In this document: in pieces, positions 1 through 12,653 of the stretch
How positions within the stretch are numbered: the stretch's first letter is position 1
How the letters are laid out: the number at the start of each line of letters is the position of its first letter
DNA from: Zootoca vivipara
Taxonomy: Eukaryota
Reading direction: 5' to 3'
DNA length: 64,000 nt
Assembly (NCBI RefSeq): GCF_963506605.1
Contig: NC_083277.1
Location: forward strand, 41,974,001 to 42,038,000
Program-made: the position numbers and the translations under genes
The notes under the pieces: generated by a model
What the model was told of the DNA's origin: nothing
What the model saw: only the letters and a program-made list of their open reading frames with translations
The model's database searches: none

Positions 1-392
1 TGTCAGCAGCAACACAGCAAACACTAGGAAGGCATGAGAGAGGCTGACACTTTTGCCTATAGCTCAGTGTCATTCTTTTTGGCACACATCTCTGCTAAGC
101 GTTGGATGAGTTCGGTGGATCCTTTCCTTGCCCCCAAAGAGGCATGCAAACCTCTCGGGCAGAAGTAGCGCCTCTGAACATGACCCATCTGCTTTCTTCC
201 TCAAACTAACAAACAGGGTCGGTGTTGTTAAAGGAGTGCCCAGGTAGACCAGGACAATCTGCACACAGCTTTGCTGGGTTTGATGGCCTCTTGCACCCCT
301 CCAAGACAAAACCATGTTCAAGATGCTGGGAAGTATACGTGGAGGTTCTGAAAATGGAAGCCTCCTTCTAAGAAAGATCTGTACTGATGCAG

Positions 393-393
<1 letters not shown>

Positions 394-472
<79 letters not shown>
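394..472. repeat. Compound (TG)n(GA)n microsatellite
   Basis: Direct reading; other (TG)n or (CA)n runs at 1711-1747, 2960-3002, 33802-33829 and 38964-39002. Confidence 0.98.
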
Positions 473-476
<4 letters not shown>

Positions 477-1708
477 GGCTTTCTTTTGATGGCATGGCCT
501 CTTCTAGATTGAATCAAACTCACAAGAAAACATAGCCACTTACCCAATCAAGCCCTTCCCGAAGAGAGAAAAAAGTCTGGTTCCAATATACATCAGTTTA
601 AAATGGAAACAGAAACTCCAGTATTCCACCAACCCACCAATTAGCTTTCTCTTTTTCTGATGATCAATAAACATTGCAGACATCAATTGAATTATAAAGA
701 GGGTAGAAAGTACAAACAGCATCCAAAAAAGTAGGAGACAATCTTTCTTGAGATCAATGGAACAAAGAGAAAATCTGGATCCTGGTTTGGCTATATATAC
801 ATACACAGACTGGAAAAAACCCAGTGTAAACAAGCTCTTTAATGGAGCCCAACAGGTCACATTCAGGGATGATGAGTACACAAAGGACTTTTGCATTCAG
901 CACGTCTGGAATGATCTGCACTTTTACATGAGAAAGAAGTTGCATTTCATTTCTTTTACATATTTGCACAAAAGCATGCCTGGGTCTTTGCTTGCTTCTC
1001 AGCCTTGTTTCCTCCTAGCTTGATTCTTATAAACAAGTAAGTTCTGCTTAATTTTTTTTTCTGGGCCCAATCCCCCATCTTCTGCCTTTGCAAGGGTCAG
1101 TGATAACTGTGCCCTCTGCATGGCATCAGAGGTAGATTGCCACCTGCCTCTGGGCTTGGCACATAATGGTTTCCTCCATTTCTACATGGGAGGATAAAGG
1201 CAGCTCTGACCAAAAGCTGGAGCAATCCCACCTTTGCTCAGGCAACCAGTGGGAAAGGTCAGAAAGCTTAACAGGAGCCCTTTCCCTCCCAGGGTAACAG
1301 ACTGTGGAATGTATTTGAGAATCATTAAAAAAAGAAAAACCCCATTCCTTTTTCTTAGTCACAGTTAGACCAATCAAAAGGCGTCTGGCCTGAGCGAGTG
1401 GAAGGGGCGGCCGCAAGCCAGCTGCCACCCACCTTGGACCATCACAGAAAAAAAGTCCCCCCAGTGTAAACATTAAGTCAGTTGTGTTTAACATTAAGCT
1501 GTAGCATTCTGTGGTAATAAGGCAGTAAACGGAGCATTGTCGCCGCTGAAAGTGAGTTAAGAGACATCAACATGCAAGGGAAGCCTGAGATTGGAATTAG
1601 ATCTTATATAGCACCAAAAGACCAGTTGCTTCTCTTATGAGCACAATCCTCTCGGCCACCAGAGCTAGAAATTTAAACATTCAGACAGATATGTGGTACA
1701 CTCCTGTA

Positions 1709-1749
<41 letters not shown>

Positions 1750-1751
1750 GG

Positions 1752-1987
1752 CAGGGGTCAGCAAACTTTCTCAGCAGGGGGCCGGTACACCGTCCTTCAG
1801 GCCTTGTGGGGGGGGGGCGGCGGACCACATCCTGAAAAAAAAGTGGACGAATTCATATGCCCCACAAACAACCCAGAGATGCATTTCAAATAAAAGTACA
1901 CATTTTACTCATGTAAAAACATGCTGATTCCCGGACCGTCCATGGGCCGGATTTAGAAGGTGGTTGGGCCTTAGTTTGGGAACCCTG
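1752..1987. mobile_element. Non-autonomous hAT element
   Basis: TIRs CAGGGGTCAGCAAACT / AGTTTGGGAACCCTG; 8-bp TSD GTGTAGGG. Confidence 0.88.
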
Positions 1988-2958
1988 GTGTAGGGTGTTA
2001 TTTGGAAGCAACCTTCTCAAATTATCCCTGTATTTGGAAGAAAACAAATTTGACATATCTGGGAGGAGGCTGCTTTTTCCCTAACTTGGAGATTTTAATG
2101 GATGGTTCTGCTTTCAAACAGGCAATTCTTGGTGATGGTTCTGAGAGAACACATTGCCACGAAGGGACTGTATCACATGCCCTTATGAACATTGAAGTCC
2201 TACTCTTTGATCTGGGTGAGGGCAAGGGTTTTATTGGTAGCTCTGCAACATTTCCTCAGTGTCACCACATTATTGCTGTCTGGAAAGGCACTCTTCCGCT
2301 CTAGCACAATAAAAGCGGGGCACTTCTCCACCTCAGCCCATTTGTGGAGTGAAAAGTCACAGGATTTCAGCAGGAAGCTTATGGGACACACACCAACTTG
2401 TTTGTCTACCCTGAAACTTTTGCAGGAGCAAACAGTATTGACAGGGATTGCGTATAACTGCCCTGACACCATCATGAGAGCAAATAATCACAAATGCACA
2501 ATGGAAAGGTAATCTGGAGAGGCGCACAGTCCTAAGCGGAATTAAACATCACTAGTGGTACCCCACTATTGCTTAAAAAAAAGGGTGGTTAAAAAGAAAA
2601 CAAACAGTTGTTCACCGAGGCCCCAAAATTAACTGGGTGCCCTTGAGAGTTGAGTAAATTGGGGACAAAGAAGAAATGAGTACTGTATATGGGCACCCAA
2701 AGGAAGAGTGGAAGAAAGTGTGAAAAGCAAATTAGAATTACAGGTTGTTGCTTTATGTGCGTATGTGTGCATTTTGCATTTCTATTTCAATTTAAATAAG
2801 CACAAGTGCAGTGATGAGGGTCGTTTCTTCTAATGCCTGGATAGAAAGGATGGCTTTTGACAGCAATGCAACTTTTCTGAATCTTTTAAGGCCATTGAGA
2901 ACTATAATTTGTTAAAAACAAAAGCACCTGGAAATGCATTTGGTTTAGAGCTGGAGAG

Positions 2959-3004
<46 letters not shown>

Positions 3005-3266
3005 ATGTACATAAGATGATGTAAATGTTTAGTTCATTTCAAGACAAGAGAGAAATACTTACAGTCCAGGGAGTAAGAAATGTACTGTACTGTGAAAAAA
3101 TGAGCAAGTCAAAGCTATTGACTAATTTTGGAATAAGTGAGGCGAAAGTGTACAGTTAAAACGCTTTGGTACTACTGTAATGAGACTTAGGGCTACAGTC
3201 CTTATGCATACTTACTCACTAGAGAGTAAACTCCATAAAAAATAGTGGGACATTTCCATGCAAACA

Positions 3267-3327
3267 ATAGGATTGCACCATAACATGTATAGGATTGCGC
3301 CGTAACATATATAGGATTGCACCATAA
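3267..3327. repeat. Roughly 3 x 22-bp tandem repeat at the end of a short palindromic repeat (3189-3280)
   Basis: ataggattgc(a/g)cc at 3267, 3289 and 3311. Confidence 0.85.
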
Positions 3328-5580
3328 ATCACAACTGGATTTCACTAGTTTCTACCTAGAGAACATATTTGTGTTGTTTTGTATATATGCACACCAGGAC
3401 ATGAACTGCTAAATGAAAACGATGAATGAATGATTTCCTCCCTTGTTTAATTCGGTTGTGGTCTACAGCTCATATTCATAGGTTTTCTAGATCCGTATCA
3501 GTATCCAAACTGCAGAATTACAGAGAGAACTCCTGGAAGATTAGCACTTGCTTATGAATGCCAGGAGTCAGTGGCAGACCTGAGCAGCAGCATGAAAGGT
3601 ATGGAGAGATGGTGGAAGCAAGTCAGGTGCCACTTCTGTGTTAGTTTGGGGTGCCACTCTGGTACCCTTCTCCAACCTGGTACCCTCCAGATGCTTTGGG
3701 TTCCCATCGTCCCTGACCATTGGCGACCATGGTGGCTGTTTGGGGAAGGCTGGCACTATGGGATAACCCTCAGATTGACATAGATACTTCCTGAGTAATC
3801 AAGAACCTCACCACATGTGGATTACATCAGTGGTATAGCATACCACAAACATAAAATAATGCTATTCCACGGGTGGGGAAACCATTGAAGGACCCTTTAA
3901 AAACAAGGTTTTGAAAATAACGTGGAAAAGCATCCTGCCACAGTTTAGGGCACCAATCACTACCAAGATGAATGAGATCAGCATCACATTAATGGAATGT
4001 CTGGAATCCTTAGAATGCTTTCTTTTTCATTTGATGAGAGCGAACATGCAGAGGTTTGGTGGAAGGAAATAAGTTTTCCACAAAGGATTTCTTTTGAAAA
4101 TGGGATGCTTTGGAGAATTCTCCAATCTCTCTTTCAGCTTTTGGTGAGGGTTGCCCAATCCCCGCCCACACACACCCAAGGTAGGGCTTCTGAACTTTTG
4201 TTTTTTAAACATATCATTCTGAATTTTTCAATGCTGTGTGATGTCAAAAAAAATTCAGCAGGTGGCTGTAGTCAGGGGTAGATCCTGACCTGCTAAATTC
4301 CTGCTGCTGCTAAATGTAAGAGTCCCACTCTTACATCAGTTTAAAATGGGGGGGAAACAAGCCACCCTGTTTTCGAAGTTGTGTCCTAAACACTGTATAC
4401 CGTGACACTCGCACTCAGGCCCCAAGGAATAGGAAATTGGTAGGTGAAGTGCAGGCTGACAGTGAAGCACCGTGGTTAATGCCCGTGTCAGGAAGGAAGA
4501 AAATGAATGAGAAAGAGGAAGAGAAACGCAAGTCTCTCATGTGCTCCACGGCCAGATCAAAGCTAAGTTTAGGAAGATGCACTTCAGGGAGCTCAGATTC
4601 TTCCATCTCTTCACTGTCAGCCCCACAGGATGGATGGTTCCCAATACTCACTCTGGCTGCAAAAATGTCTGAGAAGAGGACGGAGGCCGTGTATAGAAGA
4701 GAATATGAAATATATGCGAGGCCTCTAAATTGAAACAGAAAAGCTGTTCCCACATGGGGAAGCATTCACAAGAGCTCCATGAAAGCTCCTGGCTAAGGAA
4801 ATGTGGGGATTTTTTTGGCGAATTCAAGGGTCTAATCACGGGACTGACGGCTTGGGCCAGTGGTGGGTGTGTTTGGGCCTGCCCCTTCCCCAGCAAGATG
4901 GCTGCCACTTAGAGCTGCCACCGTGAGGATGTCAGGCAGGGGCCTGCCTAAAGGGCAGTCTGAAGAGGGCCTTCCAATGATCTGTCGCTCCATTTTCCCT
5001 ACCCTGCAAGGCCCTCTGAGGAGCCCTCACTCGGAGAAGAAGCCTGCATAGCATCATGCCACAGTTTGGACGTTATCACTGCCAAAGACAAATGAGATCA
5101 GCATCACGGCAACGGAAACAGCAGGACCGTAAAAATAACCATAGAAATTTCTCTTCTCTCTGATTACAAAGTTACAAAAATGTATAAAAAACCCCCTTCC
5201 CGGACCCTCCCACCCTTTCACGGTTGCACAGAGTATAGAAATGTATCAGAAAGGAAGATTTCAATTGGTCTGGGTTGTTGTTTGTTTTTGTTTATATGAT
5301 TTGCTCATGGTGTGTTAACTTCCCCACCTCATTCCCTCGGAACAGGGAGAGTGGCCAGTGTGGCACAGAGGTACCCCCCCCTTCAAAGACACCTTCCTTC
5401 CACAGCCAGGTCTTGCCTGACTCTCGGCCCACGAGTTCTCCACGTGGTTGATCTGGGCCCCCAGTCAGCCTCAGTCCTTCGGTGGTAGGTGCCCTGAGGG
5501 GTTCCCAATCCTCTGCTGGAAGTGCTTGGCCCCAGCAACCATTCCTGCTTCTTCCTTTGTTCTCACAGCAGCTGGACCCC

Positions 5581-5608
5581 TCAGGAATGACCTTCACTTC
5601 TTGTTATT
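5581..5608 (-). CDS. CELSR3: CELSR3 terminal coding exon 35 with stop
   Basis: ctgcaaag|A ATA ACA AGA AGT GAA GGT CAT TCC TGA = (E)ITRSEGHS*; resembles the mammalian ...RSEGHS C-terminus as I recall it. Confidence 0.92.
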
Positions 5609-6074
5609 CTTTGCAGGGGGATGGGAAGAAATGAAAGATATAATTAAGATGGACATTCCTTTCTTAAGTTGCCTAAAAACAGAACATCTCTGTTCAGAAT
5701 GAACTGCGTATATGAGTTTGAGGAAATGTCCCCCCCCCTCCCCAGATTAGGCCAGCAATTCTGCACAATTTTCCAGCCAAAAGTTCTCCAGCGAGAATTT
5801 TCAGCTCAGTTCCTGCAATTGATGGGGCTTTTAGACCACCCTGAGTGGTGGTGAATCCCAAGCACCTAGTTCAGGACAAGAAAATCACAACCCTCCCTGA
5901 CATGCGAATACCTTCTCCACCCCTGAATCAAGATTTTCTCTCGTTCAGCTGTTGTCTCTTCATTAAGGAGATCCACATTTCTAAATTCACCCACCTTACG
6001 GGATAGGTCACAGGCAACATGAATTGGACCAAGGAGGGGGGGGAAAATGCCCTCTCAGAAGGGAAGCCACTTAC

Positions 6075-7179
6075 TCTGAGTCTGGCGAGAGCTCGGAAAT
6101 ACTGTGGGATGTTGCAGAGCGAGGTGGTGAAGGGCACAGCATGGAGGGTGTCGAGGATGTCTGGGCCACGGAAGGCGTGGGTGTGGTCTGTGGGCCTGAG
6201 GGAGTGCTGGATGATTGCACAGAGGACAGGACAGAGGAGTTAAAAGATGCTAGGATGGAAGAAAGGATATCTAATTGCTCTGTGGAGGGGTGACGGCTGG
6301 GGATGGCTTCTAGATTTTCTCTAGAAGGGAGCCTCCTGGAGAGGAGTTCAAGGTTTTCCCTGGAAGGCTGCTGTCTGGAAAGAGGCTCCAGATTTTCCCG
6401 AGAAGCCTGCCTGCCAGGCACTATGTCCAGATGCTCTCTGGAATTAGACCTCCTGGATAAAAAGTCCAGCTGCTCTCTCGACGTCTGCCTAGCTGTTGCC
6501 AGCTGCTCCCTCAGAGGCTGCTTCCTGGAAAGCAGATCCAGCTGTTCTCGAGAAGGGTCCGTTCGATCTCTCGAGGCTTGCCTGTTTGGCATAGTGTTTA
6601 GCCACTCCCTAGAGAACTCCCTGACTGGCCCCCCACAGTCTAGCGGTTCTCGTGACCCAAATCTACAGGGCAAAGTATCTAGATGGTCTCTAGATCCCTG
6701 CCTCCTGGGTAGGGTGTTCCCATGATCTCTTGGATCGTGTCCAGAAGCTGCTTCTGCTACATTTTCTTGAGACCCATGCCTGCTGGGTATGCTTGCGAGG
6801 TGCTCTCTGGACCCGTGGCAGCTGAGGATCGTGTCTAGGTGCTCCCTTGACCCAGGCCTGTTCAGGATGGTGTCCAAACGCTCTCGAGAGCCGTGCCTGC
6901 TGGCAACCGCTTCGAGGCACTCGCCGGAGGTATTGCGGCTCAGCTGTTCTCTGGACATCTGCCTCCTCATCAGCATGTCCAGCTGCTCCCGGGAAGAGTA
7001 GCGGCTCGCGGGCTGAGAGAGGCTGCCTGCCCCTGAATAGATCCTGCCGTAAGAAGCGGCGGGGACGGCCCGGTGGCCCAAGGTGGAGGTTTTGTACCAG
7101 GTAAGGTCATTGGCCATCCTGCCCATGGAGGGCAGGCCTTGCAAAGTCGGAGGGTACTGGAGCCGATTCTTCAGGATAC
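6075..7179 (-). CDS. CELSR3: CELSR3 exon 34 (repetitive cytoplasmic tail)
   Basis: ILKNRLQYP...STLGHRAVPAASYGRIY...STEQLDILSSILASFNSS...SISELSPDS; 1105 nt, phase 1-2. Confidence 0.96.
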
Positions 7180-8378
7180 CTACACAATGTAAGCAAAGCA
7201 GAAGGTGAGAAGGATGAGCCTCTCTCCCAGGGCTCTCTCCGAGAGCTTTCCATTGGAAATGCCCATCCTAGCTATAGTCCTCTTACTTTGTCCTATTTCC
7301 CAATAGCAGGTCACCTTTGCATTTCTATTGATAGGAGAAAGCTTCCTGTCCCAATCAGCTTCTTATCCTACATTTACTATTTTCTGTCAATATCCCTCCT
7401 CACGTGTCTCTCTTTATGGCCTCTTCCTGCTGTTTCTGCTTACTTGAAGAATCACTTTATCCTTTGTATGTCCACTCAACTGCTTCAGTCTGCGGAACTA
7501 GCATTTTACAAGTGCTACACAATGTTGGGAGGATTCTATCCTTCATTATGGCAGAACCTGCACTCTGGGAATCCCTGTCCCATGGAGGCGCCTTTTCTGT
7601 ATTTTTGGCATATGCCATTTATCTCAAGATCCTCTCCTATACTGACCGGTAGTAGCCCTCCCTGTTTGAGACAGGAGTTTCCCCCAGCCATTTCTGGAGA
7701 TGCCAGAAATCTTTCTCATTCAAAGCATGTGTTCTAACACTGCACTATGCCCCTGACCTTCCCTGGACCCAAAGCTACCCAGCAAGCATCATGGATGAGT
7801 AGGGATTTGCTACCAGGCCATCTTAGAGGCCATGTAAGCCTGGGTCACTTCCAGCTTCTGAGACCCCTGGCCGTAATAAAGGCAGCGGCAATAAAATTAT
7901 GACGCATGAAAACAAAACAAGGTGCTCTCCCCACAACCCCCCAGACAAAAGAAATAAAAGAAAAAGGAGTGAGACATAATCTGAATAGCCTTAACAAATT
8001 CTTTTCTAGCCTATTTCTGTGCAAATGCACTAATTACTGAGGGAAGTCCCGCTTTTGTGGATTTTTACAGATGATGATTAATTCAATTTATATACCACCC
8101 TTTATTCAAAGATCCCAGGGCAGTGTACAACATTAAAAACATAATTGACATAGCATAATAATAAAAGACAATGAAACAATCACTGGGGGGTGGGGGGGTG
8201 GGGAAATTCATAATAACAGCTCTAAGCTGAGTGAGTGTGACACAATTTGATCCACTACTCATAAAAGCAGCTGTGATGCTTATTAAAAGTGAAAAAAACC
8301 CAACAAGCACCTGAATGGGAAGCCCCCTTTGAGCTTGAGGCCTGGGCCACATGGCCCTCCCACATTGGCCCTGCTTGC

Positions 8379-9145
8379 TGTAACAGATTAGCCCCAGGAT
8401 GGAAGATTTATTACACCCCGGATTAGAAAGAGTTAATCCACCTCCAATTTAACTGACAGCGCATCTTTAGGAGGCGGGAGGGTTTAAAAAGGAGGGAATA
8501 ACTCTTTTGGCAGTTGGAAGAGGGTGGAGTGTGGAGTGTGGTGACGAAGAGGAAAGAAGAAGGGTGTGGGGCCAGGATAGTGGTGGTTTAGGTTAGGCTT
8601 AGGATAACTTGAAGTTAAAGTCTGACAGAGTTAATGTATAACTGTAACTAAGCTTGTAAATTTATGCATCGTTAAGAAAAGAAAAACCTATGTTCTCAAG
8701 TAAATAAAATTCATCTTCTTTTTGTGCCAAAGAGTATCGTCTTGGTTATTCCAGCAGTGTATTAAAACTCACAGAGGTGTAGACTCAGAAAAGGGCAAAA
8801 CTTACCTAAGGAAAAGGGGATAGTTTGCGTCCTAGAGTCACACAGGAAGGGCAGTATGGTGAAAACCTAGAGTGCCACAAGTTTGCCAGGGTGATATGGC
8901 AGACTGATACAGTGGGGATCTGAGTTGAGGGAGTCCCTGTTCTGTAGGCAAGAGGTTGTTCATTCAAAATAGCCCTGAGTGTTCGTGAGATCAGGCCACG
9001 AAAGCTGGAATTAGTCTCTCTTTACTGAGAAGCCCAGAATTGAGGGGTTTATTTTAAGGCGTAAGGAATTGAGTGGGGATTGCTTTACCCCGGTACCCTT
9101 TCGTCTCATAATCTATTGGCAGCGTCAGCGAGGGGGTTCGTCGCA
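8379..9145 (+). mobile_element. Solo LTR (767 bp)
   Basis: TG...CA termini; 5-bp TSD CTTGC (8374-8378, 9146-9150); internal TTTAAAA and AATAAA on +. Confidence 0.8.
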
Positions 9146-9187
9146 CTTGCCACTACAAAGCACTGGCCACAGTTCAGTTTCTCTTAC

Positions 9188-9388
9188 CTTTCCGCTGCCT
9201 CTGCGTCTGAGTGAGGGAATTCTCATCACCACTGGTCAAGGCCAAGTCCGGCTGGTTGTTGTTGGCAGCGTCCTTGCTGGCATCGAATCCAAGTTTCCGC
9301 TCAGAGCCCCATTTCTGGAGGGAGCAGGGGTGAACTTCACATTCACCCAGCGCTGGCCAATAGGACATCAGGTCATTGCCATCTACAT
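9188..9388 (-). CDS. CELSR3: CELSR3 exon 33
   Basis: VDGNDLMSYWPALGECEVHPCSLQKWGSERKLGFDASKDAANNNQPDLALTSGDE; 201 nt, phase 1-1. Confidence 0.96.
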
Positions 9389-10047
9389 CTAGAGGGAGGA
9401 CATGGCTGGTATATTACCAGGTGGACAAAGTGCATCTCAGCAGACTAATGTGAGAATTCGCCAGGGTATTTGATTACGTGCTGCGAGGAAGAATTGGTTA
9501 AGTTTTTCATCCTTTGCAGTGGATGGTGAAAAACTACTAGCGATGTGGCACATTGCCAACTCCCCCCCTGCGTAGCACCCACTGCATGCTGCTCAACTCT
9601 AGGGGCAGAGAAATAACAAATGCCTGGACCACACCTGTACTGAAGGTAATATACAGACTATCAGGTAACGCCCCCCCCCCCCTTTGGGATGTTTGCAGAG
9701 ATCTCAGAGTGCCTGCATGAGCTGGAAGAGATTATTGCAAGAAGACTAAGAGAGCAATTAAGTTTTTAGTTTAATTCACATGCACAATTATTTTTCTTCT
9801 TTGCAGTGAAATGCAGGCTCCTTAATCTTAAGAAAAGCTACCCACAGGCAAATCCTTGACTACTGGGCCATGTGGGCTGTGGATTATGGGAAATGGAGCC
9901 CGAGACCACAAGATCTACACTCCTGTCTTAAGATGTGCGTTCCATGTTTTGTAATGGGCCCTGACATGTTAGCATAGTGCATAGCTCAGAGCTTGTTGCC
10001 CAGCTTGGCCTGAGAGTCAAGGCGTTTCTCTGCCCAGCAGCACTTGC

Positions 10048-10221
10048 CTTTGGGTGTGGTGTTAGAAGGGTTGGTGAGGAGCCTCTCGCTGTGTGCTGCC
10101 CTTTTGAACTGGCGCTGGAACCTGCCGCGGAGATGCACATTTTCCTCGCTCTCTGACGATGGAATCGAGAGGCTGCGCTCCTCATCAAGCGAGAGATCGC
10201 TGTCCGAGTCAGAGTCTTGAT
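10048..10221 (-). CDS. CELSR3: CELSR3 exon 32 (GC donor)
   Basis: QDSDSDSDLSLDEERSLSIPSSESEEN...RAAHSERLLTNPSNTTPK; donor AAG|gcaagt; 174 nt, phase 1-1. Confidence 0.9.
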
Positions 10222-10454
10222 CTGAGGGTAGATATGTAACAAATTGTAAAGAAGGTGGGGTTGAGGGAACAGCTTTTCAAGTGATGGCTAATAGCTTTCC
10301 AGTACATAAACTGCCCTCTCCTGAGCAAGCTGAAGTTATGAACTCTGCCAAACTGGAACAATGGGTCGGTCTAGCAGCACATACCATGTCACTGGTTCAC
10401 AACCTCTAAAGGACAAAACATTAGAACAGTGGTTCCCAAACGTTTTGGGGCCAC

Positions 10455-10870
10455 TGTCAGGGACTGGTTGGATGCAGAGGAATTGTGGGAAGAACCAGCT
10501 GAAGAACCCCGAAGGGAAGAAGGCTCAGAGCCCAGGGAGTGGTGGTGGGACAATGATGAGTGGTCAGAGGGAGAAGACTGGGAGCAGGTGTCGGAAGCTG
10601 AAGGGGCAACAGGGCTGTGTGAGCTGGGAGAGTCTGTGTCAGACAGCAGTCCAGAATCAGAGGCAGAAGCTGAAGCAGGAGAAGAGGGAAGCTAAAAGGC
10701 AGAGATGAGTCAGGCTGGTGAAGAGTCATCACAAGTGTCTCCCCCTCTTGCTGTGACAAGAACCCACCCCCTGGTCTCCCAGAACCAGAAGAGGCATGAA
10801 AAGATCAAAGGAGAAGTTAGTTTTGAACAGGCGCAGTCTCAGATTGCTTAGGAAAAACCCTGGAGGGGAG
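10455..10870 (+). mobile_element. LTR-like remnant
   Basis: Starts TGTCAGGG after a MITE-like end; purine-rich body; no TSD found; boundaries approximate. Confidence 0.4.
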
Positions 10871-11092
10871 AGAACTTGCTAATTCTTCCCTTCCCTAGAA
10901 AAGTCTGCTCACTTAGTCACTTGCCCTTGTTGCAGGCCTGGTCAGTGCTCAGCATATACTGTATAAAGATGTGACAAGATGGCATACAGCATTGGAATAT
11001 TTCTTTCTGATTTGGGATCTGGAGACACCCCTTCACCTTTCACAGCCACAGACCTCCCCATCAGAAGCATGCCTCCTGGATTTTGGCCTTAC

Positions 11093-11199
11093 CTGGCCCT
11101 GCGTCACGATGAAACATTGCTATGTCAAGGTCTGTTGGACCAGCATGGTTGAGCAAGTTGTTATCCAGAGCAGAGCCTTGATGCGCCATCATGTTCTCT
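11093..11199 (-). CDS. CELSR3: CELSR3 exon 31
   Basis: ENMMAHQGSALDNNLLNHAGPTDLDIAMFHRDAGP; 107 nt, phase 2-1. Confidence 0.94.
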
Positions 11200-12004
11200 C
11201 TGAAACTCGCAAGAGAGAAATACTCAGAACTCTCGCCTGTCTCTTCAAGTGAGAGGTCAGAAATCAATGTTGGGAAGTGCTCAGTGGTAAAAAGGTTTGT
11301 TAGACAAGCCTAGTCCATGGACACCTATCATAGGGTGGAATTCAACATAGTGCTAAGGAGATTGTTCTGTCAAAGCAAGCATTTCTACATGCCTGATGGA
11401 ACAATCTCCTTTCTCCTCGTCCCATGTGTTGTTCTGGGAGTTCTCTCAATGCTTCAGAGCAAATCCTTGTGTAGTAGGAAGGAAAATTGGGGAAAGCGCC
11501 GTTGGGCTAGTGGGAGTCCTTGCACTGGCTTCTGCTAGCAGAACTGATTAAGAATCATAGAACTGTAGAGTTGGAAGGGACCCCGAGGCTCATCTAGTCC
11601 AACCCCCTGCAATGCAGGAATTAGTTGAATCTGGCCCATAGTAAAAGTATAGTTCATGAGCTCTGTTGCTGGTTTTTATTATGATTATTATGATTATTTA
11701 GAGCCCTGTTCTTCTGGGAATCTCTGTCCTGCATCAAGAGAGAAATGTGGAGGTGAGTGGTGTCATGAGTGGAGGTGAGTGGTGAGTGGTGAAAGAGCCA
11801 TTCCGATCTGCATTGTCATTCCATTTGCTTTCATAGCTAGCCTCGCAAGCAGAGGAACCACAATTAAGTCCCAGGGGATGCTTTGGTCTCCAGCGGAAAG
11901 CCTACCCTTCTCAGCATGCAAGTGCCTATAGCTGTATGTTCTCAAGTGGTGCTGGGGGTGGGCAGGACAGAGACTCATTCATCCCTGCTGCTGCTGCTGC
12001 TTAC

Positions 12005-12141
12005 CTGAGGTAGCCCCGCTGGCTGGAATGGGTCCGAGCTGAGCGCACACTGCTGACAGAAGAGATGGTGGAGGCTCCCAGGGTGATACGGATGAGGCCG
12101 CTCTCCTCAAAGAGCGCTGTGTTGTTGTAGGCGTTGGGACC
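12005..12141 (-). CDS. CELSR3: CELSR3 exon 30 (cytoplasmic tail)
   Basis: GPNAYNNTALFEESGLIRITLGASTISSVSSVRSARTHSSQRGYL; 137 nt, phase 0-2. Confidence 0.95.
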
Positions 12142-12539
12142 CTGGAGTGGGAGAGTGGGGGGGGGACACACACCACAGAGTAACCTCTCTAGCTAGGGAG
12201 ATGTCCGAGGCGCTTCCATGCCCACCTGCCAAAACTGGCCTGCCCAAGAGTGGTTCAGTTCTGCATTTGACCCTCAGGCTGGAAAAAGGCTCCCCCTCCC
12301 CGGATACACTAAAAGGACTATTTCCTTTAGAAGTAATGAGGGCAGTAGGAAGAAGGCCTGAACCCCTTCAAGGATGCATGCCTGGGATAGGCCAGGTGAC
12401 TACAAGGCAGTCCTCCTGCACCTTTTGATCAAAGTGTTAAGGTCTCCTCCGGAAGAGGACAGTATCCTAGGCTTTGGATGGAGCAAGTTATCCTCCCATC
12501 TCCCTTAACCCAACGAGTAAGATCAAACACAGCTCCCAC

Positions 12540-12653
12540 CTGACCACTTCTGGTGGATTCCTCGCCCTGACCCTTCTTGCCAAGGCAGGCTAGTTTCCAG
12601 GCTTCCTGTACCTCCTTGTTCAGCACACAGAACAGAATCAGTACTGCCAAGCC
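12540..12653 (-). CDS. CELSR3: CELSR3 exon 29
   Basis: GLAVLILFCVLNKEVQEAWKLACLGKKGQGEESTRSGQ; 114 nt. Confidence 0.95.

Larger units (their letters stand above)
1..5580 (-). other. CELSR3 3' UTR and/or downstream DNA (end not determined)
   Basis: Follows the stop codon; no credible exons; TE-poor; the only minus-strand AATAAA I noticed is near 2230. Confidence 0.5.

Noticed and set aside
1365-1425. CCAAT plus GC-box-like patch as a promoter
   Set aside because: Too short, no CpG island and no downstream exon visible.
8587-8603. TTAGG-like repeats
   Set aside because: Short, degenerate, internal to the solo LTR and not TTAGGG.
10361-10759. Acidic or Trp-rich ORFs
   Set aside because: Lie within an LTR-like repeat and have no splice or homology support.
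11747-11791. Local GTGGAGGTGAGTGGTG duplication
   Set aside because: Simple slippage-type repeat with no further structure.
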